From the NCBI GenBank assembly GCA_019058245.1, contig JAHPZJ010000012.1, forward strand, positions 5,544 to 29,088: a stretch of DNA of 23,545 nt. The letters are read 5' to 3'. The notes under the pieces are model-generated. The model saw only the letters and a list, made by a program, of their open reading frames with translations. It was not told the origin of the DNA and did not search any database. Shown here in pieces: positions 15,689-23,545 of this stretch. This DNA comes from Promethearchaeota archaeon. GTDB lineage: Archaea > Asgardarchaeota > Lokiarchaeia > Sigyniarchaeales > SOKP01. A program made the position numbers and the translations under genes. Numbering within the stretch: position 1 is the stretch's first letter; each line of letters opens with the position of its first letter.

Positions 15689-17422
15689 ATGACAATTTCA
15701 GAGCAAGAGCAAAAAGCATTAAAAATTATCGAAGAACATATTGGAGAGACGTTATTAGAGGTTTCTCCATTAGAGCGTTATTCTTTTGGATATTATATCA
15801 AAGATCAACATATTACTGGTTTAAGTTTATTTTCTTGTAGATTATCTAGTATTCCAAAAGAAATAAAGGCATTTACGTCACTTGAGCAATTATATCTAAG
15901 AGGTAATAATTTAGTTAATATCTCAGATGACTTATTTTCTCTCACTTCTTTAAAAATCTTAGATTTAAGTGAAAATGAACTAAATAGTCTACCTGAGACG
16001 ATAAATTCTCTTAATCAGTTAAAAGAATTACATTTAGAATCAAATCATTTAAAAAGTTTACCAGAATCTTTAGGAGCCCTTTCATCTTTAGAAACTTTAG
16101 ACTTAAGTGAAAATAAATTAGAGGTTATTCCTTCAACATTAGGAAAAATGAATAGATTACAGACTTTAGATTTAAGTAGAAATCTTATTATATCATTACC
16201 CGAATCAATAGGGGAATTAGAATCCTTAGAGCTTCTATATTTAGGAAATAATCAGTTACAAGAACTTCCTGCATCAATTCAAAATTTATTTTCATTAAAA
16301 AGATTAAATTTACGAAACAATAAATTAACTAAATTGCCAGATTCCATTAACAAATTATCATCTTTAACTTCACTATTTTTAAAAGGAAATGAAATAGTAA
16401 AATTGCCTCATGCAATTGGCGAATTAAATAGCCTTATCTATTTAGGATTGACATCAAATTCATTAAAAATCCTCCCTGAATCGATTGGTTCATTACTTTC
16501 TCTAGAAAGTTTAAGTTTATCATCAAATAAATTAAAAAAGCTTCCAGAGTCAATAGGAAGATTAGATTCATTGATTAGATTAGAAATATCCAACAATGAG
16601 TTAATTATTCTTCCGTTATCATTAGGAAATCTTTTAAATCTAAAAATATTAAGATGTGATCATAACAATTTATTAGAGATCCCTGATTCTATAGGTAATC
16701 TGCATAATCTTGAAGTATTAAATCTTGAAATGAATAATATAAAAAAACTCCCTGAATCAATTGGTTCTTTAAAATCGTTAAAAGAATTAAATTTTTATGA
16801 TAATAAATTAGTAGATCTCCCCCATTCTATTGGAAATCTTCAATCACTTGAAATTCTTGATTTAAGTAAGAACTTATTAGAGGAACTCCCAGAGTCAATT
16901 GGATCTTTACATTCATTATTAGAATTAGATGTATCTACAAATCATTTGCGCAATATCCCTGAATCAATAGGTAAACTCCGAATACTAAAAACATTTATTT
17001 TAGGTTTTAACCGTTTAGAAACGATTCCTAAATCTATTGGATTTTTGACAACTTTAGAAATATTTGATGTAGGTAAAAATCACTTAAAAGAATTACCTCA
17101 ATCAATTGGGGCATTAACATCACTTAAACATTTATATCTTTATTATAATGAATTAAATAAAATACCTGATTCCATTGGATCCTTACATTCTTTAAAATAC
17201 CTCTATTTAGGAAATAACAAATTATCTAAACTTCCAGAATCTATAGGATATCTAAAATCTTTAAAATATTTATTTTTAAGGACAAATTTCTTAAGTGAAT
17301 TGCCATTATCCGTTGAATCTTTACCATCCCTCAAGTATCTAAATATAGAAAAAAATAATCTTAAAGGATACCTCGATTACCTGCATAATTTAGAAGTTAA
17401 AGGTATTAAAATATTAAAATAA
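15689..17422 (+). CDS. Leucine-rich repeat protein (22 x 23-aa repeats, no effector domain)
   Basis: Consensus LPESIGxLxSLxxLxLxxNxLxx is repeated 22 times without indels, with short N- and C-terminal caps and no signal peptide or TM helix. Confidence 0.95.
   Translation: MTISEQEQKALKIIEEHIGETLLEVSPLERYSFGYYIKDQHITGLSLFSCRLSSIPKEIKAFTSLEQLYLRGNNLVNISDDLFSLTSLKILDLSENELNSLPETINSLNQLKELHLESNHLKSLPESLGALSSLETLDLSENKLEVIPSTLGKMNRLQTLDLSRNLIISLPESIGELESLELLYLGNNQLQELPASIQNLFSLKRLNLRNNKLTKLPDSINKLSSLTSLFLKGNEIVKLPHAIGELNSLIYLGLTSNSLKILPESIGSLLSLESLSLSSNKLKKLPESIGRLDSLIRLEISNNELIILPLSLGNLLNLKILRCDHNNLLEIPDSIGNLHNLEVLNLEMNNIKKLPESIGSLKSLKELNFYDNKLVDLPHSIGNLQSLEILDLSKNLLEELPESIGSLHSLLELDVSTNHLRNIPESIGKLRILKTFILGFNRLETIPKSIGFLTTLEIFDVGKNHLKELPQSIGALTSLKHLYLYYNELNKIPDSIGSLHSLKYLYLGNNKLSKLPESIGYLKSLKYLFLRTNFLSELPLSVESLPSLKYLNIEKNNLKGYLDYLHNLEVKGIKILK
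15851..17368 (+). repeat. Coding tandem repeat, 22 units of 69 nt (LRR)
   Basis: I55 to G560 spans 1518 nt = 22 x 69. The units are diverged at nucleotide level. Confidence 0.9.
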
Positions 17423-17470
17423 GATTAATCATAATTTTTTTTATTTTAAATTCAAAAATAGGATAATAAA

Positions 17471-17491
17471 TATTGAAGTATAACTTCAATA
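17471..17491. promoter_or_regulatory. Inverted repeat TATTGAAGT-ata-ACTTCAATA upstream of hutU (candidate operator)
   Basis: Perfect 9-bp arms with a 3-nt spacer, 76 nt before the hutU ATG. Confidence 0.5.
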
Positions 17492-17567
17492 AAATCAAAT
17501 AATCCTAAGACTATCTCTTTTAATAGAAATAATATAATTTAAATATGAAATGGGGTTAGATTAAACT

Positions 17568-19598
17568 ATGGATATTTCAAAGGCTATGAAAATTAAATTA
17601 CCTGAAGAATTACCATTATATCCTAAATTTATTGATGGGATAAGAAGAGCACCATCAAGAGGTTATACTCTTAATCTAAATCAGACGAAATTAGCCTTAA
17701 AAAATGCTTTGAGATATATACCACCATCACTCCATGAGAAATTAGCTCCTGAATTTATAGAAGAATTAGTAACGAGAGGTAGAATCTATGGATACAGATA
17801 TAGACCAGAAGGAAATATTAAAGCAAAATCTATTGAGGAATATAAAGGTAATACGCTTGAAGGAAAAGCATTACAAGTAATGATTGATAATAATCTAGAT
17901 TTTAATGTTGCTCTTTATCCATATGAGTTAACAACATACGGTGAAACTGGTCAAGTGTTTCAAAATTGGATGCAGTATAACTTAGTAAAGAGATATCTTG
18001 AAAAAATTACAGAAAATCAGACTTTAGTAATAGCTTCTGGTCATCCAGTTGGATTATTCCCAACTTCAATAATGGCTCCAAGAGTAATTTCTACAAATGG
18101 TTTAATGGTTGGAATGTTTGATAATCAAGATGATTTTAATATAGCAGCAGCTTTAGGGGTTGCAAATTACGGTCAAATGACTGCGGGAGGATGGATGTAC
18201 ATTGGGCCTCAAGGGATTGTTCATGGTACTTATATCACTTTATTAAATGCCGCTAGGTTATATTTAAATATTCCTAATGGTAAAGATTTAAGAGGAATTT
18301 TATATCTTTCCTCAGGATTAGGTGGAATGAGTGGCGCTCAAGCTAAGGCAATAGAAATTGCAGGAGGGATTGGTGTTATCGCAGAAGTTGATGAATCGAG
18401 AATCAAAACAAGATTTGATCAAGGATGGATCTCCAGAATTTCTGATGATTTAGAGGAGATATTTGATTGGGTTAATGATGCTAGAAAATTAGAAAGACCT
18501 CTATCAATAGCATATCATGGAAACGTTGTTAATCTATGGAAATATGTTGTTGATAATAATATCAAAGTAGAATTATCCTCAGATCAAACCTCTTGTCATG
18601 CTGTTTATGAAGGAGGTTATACACCTTTTCAAATAAGCTATAAAGAAGGAAGAACATTAATTAAGAATAATTTAAGTCAGTTCAAAGAACTTGTAGATAT
18701 TTCTTTACAGGAACAATTTAGACTTATTAAAATAATGAATGAAAGAGGTACATATTTCTGGGATTATGGAAATTCCTTTTTAAAAGCTGTATTCGATACA
18801 GGAGCTAAAGATATAGCAAAAAACGGCATAAACACCTCAGAAGGTTTTATTTTTCCGTCTTATGTAGAAGATATAATGGGTCCCATTTGTTTTGACTATG
18901 GATTTGGACCTTTTAGATGGGTTTGTCTTTCAGGAAAAGAAAAAGACTTAGATAAGACTGATCAAGCCGCTATGAGTTGTATAAATCCTGAAAGAAGATC
19001 ACAAGATAGAGACAACTATTTTTGGATAAAAAATGCTAAAAGAAACAATCTAGTAGTTGGTACTAAAGCGAGAATTTTATATGCTGATGCTAAAGAACGT
19101 ATCAATATTGCTCTTAAATTTAATGAATTGATAAGAAAAGGAGAAATTGGACCAATAATGCTTGGGAGAGATCATCATGATGTTTCTGGAACAGATTCTC
19201 CTTTTAGAGAAACTTCAAATATTAGAGATGGGAGTAATGTGATGGCAGAAATGGCAATCCATTGTTTTGCAGGAAACTCATTTCGAGGTATGACTTATGT
19301 AGTTCTTTCTAATGGAGGTGGAGTTGGTATCGGAAAATGTTTTAATGGTGGGTTTGGGTTAGTGCTGAATGGGTCAGAAAAAGTTGATAATATTATCAAA
19401 AATGCTTTAGAATGGGATGTAATAGGTGGAATTGCTAGAAGGAGTTGGGCTAGAAATCCCAATGCATTTGAGACCGCCTATTATTGGAATATTGAAAATG
19501 AAAAAAGAGGGCATTTAACACTTCCATTTATAGCAGAGGACAAACTATTAGATAATATTATAGAAATTTTTTTTAAAAAAAACTTAAATGAGAAATAA
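17568..19598 (+). CDS. hutU: Urocanate hydratase (long form)
   Basis: NNLD..VA.YPYELTTYG, YGQMTAGGWMYIGPQGIVHGT, GLGGMSGAQ, DQTSCH, DYGN, GPFRW, GRDHHDVSG and NGGGVG. Confidence 0.97.
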   Translation: MDISKAMKIKLPEELPLYPKFIDGIRRAPSRGYTLNLNQTKLALKNALRYIPPSLHEKLAPEFIEELVTRGRIYGYRYRPEGNIKAKSIEEYKGNTLEGKALQVMIDNNLDFNVALYPYELTTYGETGQVFQNWMQYNLVKRYLEKITENQTLVIASGHPVGLFPTSIMAPRVISTNGLMVGMFDNQDDFNIAAALGVANYGQMTAGGWMYIGPQGIVHGTYITLLNAARLYLNIPNGKDLRGILYLSSGLGGMSGAQAKAIEIAGGIGVIAEVDESRIKTRFDQGWISRISDDLEEIFDWVNDARKLERPLSIAYHGNVVNLWKYVVDNNIKVELSSDQTSCHAVYEGGYTPFQISYKEGRTLIKNNLSQFKELVDISLQEQFRLIKIMNERGTYFWDYGNSFLKAVFDTGAKDIAKNGINTSEGFIFPSYVEDIMGPICFDYGFGPFRWVCLSGKEKDLDKTDQAAMSCINPERRSQDRDNYFWIKNAKRNNLVVGTKARILYADAKERINIALKFNELIRKGEIGPIMLGRDHHDVSGTDSPFRETSNIRDGSNVMAEMAIHCFAGNSFRGMTYVVLSNGGGVGIGKCFNGGFGLVLNGSEKVDNIIKNALEWDVIGGIARRSWARNPNAFETAYYWNIENEKRGHLTLPFIAEDKLLDNIIEIFFKKNLNEK

Positions 19599-19687
19599 AT
19601 TAAATTAAATTGTTGAGAAAATTAAATTTTGAATTCTATTTTGTCTTTTAATCCGTTATTATAATCATATTAAGAATGTGAATTATA

Positions 19688-21214
19688 ATGAAAGAATATT
19701 TTAGATTCGGAATGGATCACCTTACAGCTAACAAGGCTTTAAATATATCAAGGGGTTTTTTGAAAGGTGTCCTTACCGATGAAGTTAGAGATCGAATAAT
19801 TAAAAATCATGATACTATTCAATCAATTCTTAAAGGATCAAAATTAATTTATAGTATTAATACTGGATTTGGCTCTCTTTGTACCACAAGAATAACTAGA
19901 GAAGAATCAGCAAAATTACAGGAAAATTTACTTAAGAGTCATAGTGTAGGCGTTGGACCACCAATAGAACAAGAACTATCAAAATTAATGTTAATATTAA
20001 AAGTCCATGCTCTATGCATAGGATATTCAGGAATTTCCTTGGAAGTAATAGAAAGAATAATATGGCATATTAACAAAAATTTTATCCCATTTGTTCCTGA
20101 ACAAGGTTCTGTTGGAGCATCAGGAGATCTTGCTCCACTAGCTCATCTGTTTTTACCTTTAATAGGATTAGGATTTCTTTCAAAAGATAATAAAAGCTAC
20201 AGACCAACTGAAAAAGTCTTGAGTGAGAATAACTTAAAACCACTAAAATTGCAAGCAAAGGAGGGTTTGGCTTTGATTAATGGCACACAATTTATTGCTG
20301 CACATGCTATAAGAGTATATGAAAAATTTCTTAATTGTCTTAATCATGCTGATCTAATTGGGGCGATTACTCTTGAGAGCTATTTAGCATCCCATCAACC
20401 TTTTGCTGAAAAGTTAATAAAGTTACGACCTCACAAAGGAGCACTAATAGTAGCAGAAAAAATGAGGAGTTACCTAAAAGATTCAGAAATGGTTGAATCA
20501 CATAAGGACTGTGGACGTGTACAAGATCCATATTCTATTCGTTGTATTCCACAAGTTCATGGGGCTTCGAGGGATGCGTTAGTTCATTTAAATAATATCT
20601 TGGAATGTGAATTAAACTCTGTTACAGACAATCCAGTTGTTTTTAATGAACTTGAGACTTATAGCGGGGGAAATTTTCATGGTCAACCTCTCGCTTTACC
20701 TTTAGATTATGTAAGTATGGCAGCATCTGAAATAGGTAACATCTCAGATCGTCGTATTTTTTTATTATTAGAAGGAAAATGGGGCTTACCTTCAAACTTA
20801 ATAGAAAAACCGGGTCTCAATTCAGGCTTCATGATAACACAATATACATCTGCTGCACTAGTTAGTGAAAATAAGACATTATGTTTTCCTGCAAGTGTGG
20901 ATAATATCCCAACAGGATCGGGACAAGAAGATCATGTTAGTATGGCACCAATTAGCGCTAGAAAAACCATTAAAATTTTAGATAATCTTGAAAAAATTTT
21001 AGCGATTGAATTATTATGTGCTAGTCAAGCTTTAGATTTTCGGAGACCTCTAAAATCTAGTAGGATAATTGAGGCTTGTCATCATTATATACGCGAAAAG
21101 ATTCCACATATTAAAGAAGATACTTTATTATATTGTTATATAAAACAAGTAGTTGAAATCATAAGAAATAACGCTCTATTAAATATAATTCAAAAAATTC
21201 AAGAAGGAGATTAA
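19688..21214 (+). CDS. hutH: Histidine ammonia-lyase
   Basis: YSINTGFG, LLKSH (His-specific SH), GSVGASGDLAPL (MIO), KEGLALINGT, QDPYSIRC, GGNFHG and QEDHVSM. Confidence 0.97.
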   Translation: MKEYFRFGMDHLTANKALNISRGFLKGVLTDEVRDRIIKNHDTIQSILKGSKLIYSINTGFGSLCTTRITREESAKLQENLLKSHSVGVGPPIEQELSKLMLILKVHALCIGYSGISLEVIERIIWHINKNFIPFVPEQGSVGASGDLAPLAHLFLPLIGLGFLSKDNKSYRPTEKVLSENNLKPLKLQAKEGLALINGTQFIAAHAIRVYEKFLNCLNHADLIGAITLESYLASHQPFAEKLIKLRPHKGALIVAEKMRSYLKDSEMVESHKDCGRVQDPYSIRCIPQVHGASRDALVHLNNILECELNSVTDNPVVFNELETYSGGNFHGQPLALPLDYVSMAASEIGNISDRRIFLLLEGKWGLPSNLIEKPGLNSGFMITQYTSAALVSENKTLCFPASVDNIPTGSGQEDHVSMAPISARKTIKILDNLEKILAIELLCASQALDFRRPLKSSRIIEACHHYIREKIPHIKEDTLLYCYIKQVVEIIRNNALLNIIQKIQEGD

Positions 21215-21215
21215 T

Positions 21216-22523
21216 TTGTTTGTAGCTTCAACTTATGGAAAAAAAGAGATCTTTTCTATAACTGATCCGGATCTAGTCATATTTCATGCTAATGAACTTG
21301 TTACAATGAATACTAGATATGGTGCTCCTAGAATCGGGAATAGTATGTCAAAATTAGCAACTATTAACGATGGAGCATTAGCAATAAAAGCAGATAGAAT
21401 TATTTTTATTGGTTCAACAGAAGAATTAATGTCAAAATATGAATTTGGCAAAATTCCAACTAAAATTGATGCTACACATAAGTTAGTAATCCCAGGTCTT
21501 ATTGATCCACATACTCACATCATTTTTGACGGTACTCGTGAAGACGAGCTTTCCATGAAACTTAAAGGAATGACATATTTAGATATTCTAAATGAAGGCG
21601 GAGGCATTTTAAAGACAGTTCAAGAAACTAGAAAGGCTCCATTAGAAAAATTGGTAAAAAATGGAAAAGACATCTTAGATAGAATGATGAATTATGGAAC
21701 AACTACAGTTGAAACAAAATCTGGTTATGGATTAACTACTGAAAGCGAAATAAAACAATTAGAAGCTATTCGAATTCTAAATGAAGAACACCCTTTAGAT
21801 CTAATTCCAACATTCTTAGGTGCTCATGCAATACCACCAGAATTTAAGAATAAACCAGATAAATATGTTGAATTAATAGTTACAGAAATGATACCAAAAA
21901 TCGCTAAAGAAGGTCTTGCTGAGTTTTGTGATGTTTTTTGCGAAAAAGGTATTTTTTCAATAAAGCAAACACGTAAAATTTTAAAAACAGCAATTAGATA
22001 TGGATTAAGACCTCAGATTCATATTGATGAGATTGTAGATACTAATGGTGCATTATTAGCTTCCGAAATTAGAGCAATACAAACAGGACATTTATTAAAA
22101 TCTAATGAGGATGGTTTAAAAGCAATGGCTGAAGCCGGAGTTATAGCCACTCTTCTACCAGGAACACCATTTTGTCTAATGTTGGATGATTATGCCCCCG
22201 CGAGAAAGATGATTGAATTTGAAATACCCATTGCTTTAGCTACTGATCTCAATCCGAATTGCTGGACAGAATCAATGCAGATGATCATTGCATTAGCATG
22301 TTATCATATGAAACTTACACCAGCAGAAGCACTTACCGCTTCAACTATTAATGCTGCATGTGCAATTCAAAAACAAGATGAAATTGGAAGTCTTGAAATA
22401 GGTAAAAAAGCAGATTTAATAGTATTTGATGTACCTAACTACTATTTCTTACCTTATCATTTTGGAGTGAACTTAGTTTCTAAAGTTATAAAAAATGGTA
22501 AAATTGTTGTAGATAACGATTAA
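21216..22523 (+). CDS. hutI: Imidazolonepropionase
   Basis: PGLIDPHTH, GGGI, GTTTVETKSGYGL, TFLGAHA, DVFCE, HIDE and ATDLNP. The TTG start is 1 nt after the hutH stop, with SD-like AAGGAG at 21204..21209. Confidence 0.96.
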   Translation: MFVASTYGKKEIFSITDPDLVIFHANELVTMNTRYGAPRIGNSMSKLATINDGALAIKADRIIFIGSTEELMSKYEFGKIPTKIDATHKLVIPGLIDPHTHIIFDGTREDELSMKLKGMTYLDILNEGGGILKTVQETRKAPLEKLVKNGKDILDRMMNYGTTTVETKSGYGLTTESEIKQLEAIRILNEEHPLDLIPTFLGAHAIPPEFKNKPDKYVELIVTEMIPKIAKEGLAEFCDVFCEKGIFSIKQTRKILKTAIRYGLRPQIHIDEIVDTNGALLASEIRAIQTGHLLKSNEDGLKAMAEAGVIATLLPGTPFCLMLDDYAPARKMIEFEIPIALATDLNPNCWTESMQMIIALACYHMKLTPAEALTASTINAACAIQKQDEIGSLEIGKKADLIVFDVPNYYFLPYHFGVNLVSKVIKNGKIVVDND

Positions 22524-22536
22524 ATAACTTAACATT

Positions 22537-23454
22537 TTAAAAATCAAAATAAGATTCTAATAAATGTTTTTCTTCTAATTTCTCTGGCGTTTTAAGTTTT
22601 AAATAATATTCTAATGAATTGAGTACTGCTCCTAACGGTAATACACCAACTAATTCAGAGCTTATTACTGGTATACCATATCGATCAGCTTCCAATTTTA
22701 CTAGTTCCATTTGTCTATACAAAGGTGTTTTTCTAAAATTTATATTCGAAATCCCCACTTGAACATAATCTCGATTTTTTAGTTCCGTACCCATAGCTTT
22801 TATATTAACTAATCCTCCTGAATGTAAATGGATAGCCTTAGCTACTTTCTTAGCTATTTTAACATCCTTAGTACCTAAATTAATATTGAAGCTAATTAAA
22901 GGATTTCTTGCTCCAGTTATTATAGCACCCGCAGTAGGATGAAACTCAGATGGACCATAATCAGGTTTCCTCTCTAGGTCAATTTTTATAGTTTCTTTTA
23001 GATTTTCATATTCTCCCTTACGGATATTATCTATATTTTTTCTTTCCATCTTCCGAGCAGCTTCTTCATAAAGATAAACTGGAATCCCTTCTTTTGAGAT
23101 TTCCTCAGCAAATTTTATCGATAAATCTATACACTCTTTCATTGATATATTTTGTGCAGGAACAAAAGGGACTACATCAACCGCACCAATACGAGGATGT
23201 TGACCCTTATGTTTATTCATATCGATTAATTCAATAGCTTTCTTGGCTGCTTGAATATTAGCTCTTAAAACAGCATCAGGAGTACCTAAAAATGTTATAA
23301 CTGTTCTATTATAATCAGAATCATACTGAACATCTACAATACGAGTATTAGGAGTATTTTTTATCTCCAACACAATTAAATTTATCTTTTGCTCATCCCT
23401 TCCTTCACTATAGTTAGGAACGGATTCTACAATCTTTTTTTTATCTTTTTCCAT
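22537..23454 (-). CDS. Glutamate formiminotransferase (stand-alone FT domain of FTCD)
   Basis: VPNYSEGR, D.DYNRTV, HKGQHPRIGAVDVVPFVP, PVYLYE, IRKGEYE, GAR.PL..FNINL and SELVG. ATG 23454 is preferred over TTG 23487. No cyclodeaminase domain. Confidence 0.93.
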   Translation of the reverse strand: MEKDKKKIVESVPNYSEGRDEQKINLIVLEIKNTPNTRIVDVQYDSDYNRTVITFLGTPDAVLRANIQAAKKAIELIDMNKHKGQHPRIGAVDVVPFVPAQNISMKECIDLSIKFAEEISKEGIPVYLYEEAARKMERKNIDNIRKGEYENLKETIKIDLERKPDYGPSEFHPTAGAIITGARNPLISFNINLGTKDVKIAKKVAKAIHLHSGGLVNIKAMGTELKNRDYVQVGISNINFRKTPLYRQMELVKLEADRYGIPVISSELVGVLPLGAVLNSLEYYLKLKTPEKLEEKHLLESYFDF

Positions 23455-23545
23455 AAAACGACCAAATTTTTTTGAATATATTCCCAAAATAATATTAAAT
23501 AATTATAATGAATATTTCTTTTTCTTATAGGTTTTATCAGTAAAA

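Noticed and set aside
15851-17368. 69-nt periodicity as a CRISPR array or DGR target
   Set aside because: Fully explained by coding LRRs. There are no identical repeats with spacers, and no template repeat or reverse transcriptase in the window.
1-23545. tRNA, rRNA, IS elements, integrases
   Set aside because: No GC-rich structured islands in the intergenic regions and no transposase or integrase motifs seen.

Overview
AT-rich (roughly 30% GC by eye), gene-dense archaeal chromosomal segment. It is most consistent with an Asgard archaeon (Lokiarchaeia/Promethearchaeia-like), inferred from archaeal CoaD, DUF1512, AOR, archaeal/eukaryotic-type TyrRS, a Vps29-like phosphoesterase, a cytosolic LRR protein, SCP2 proteins, GGTGA-type Shine-Dalgarno sites and oligo-T terminators. 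Gene order: partial coaD (missed by the ORF track, no canonical start) <- 2TM Zn-ribbon protein <-> DUF1512 protein; SCP2 -> <- acyl-CoA ligase <- SCP2-like <-> Fe-ADH -> AOR -> HAD-IIA; ppdK; tyrS -> ADP-forming acyl-CoA synthetase alpha -> Vps29-like; 22-repeat LRR protein; hutU-hutH-hutI -> <- glutamate formiminotransferase. No RNA genes, CRISPR arrays or mobile elements were recognised. There are two best candidates for an undescribed system. The first is a membrane-anchored DUF1512 protein that looks like a circularly permuted HybD/GPR/YyaC-type aspartic peptidase, divergently paired with a membrane Zn-ribbon protein. The second is an SCP2-flanked alcohol-to-aldehyde-to-acid-to-acyl-CoA lipid module. 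All assignments come from motif recognition by eye, and no searches were run.
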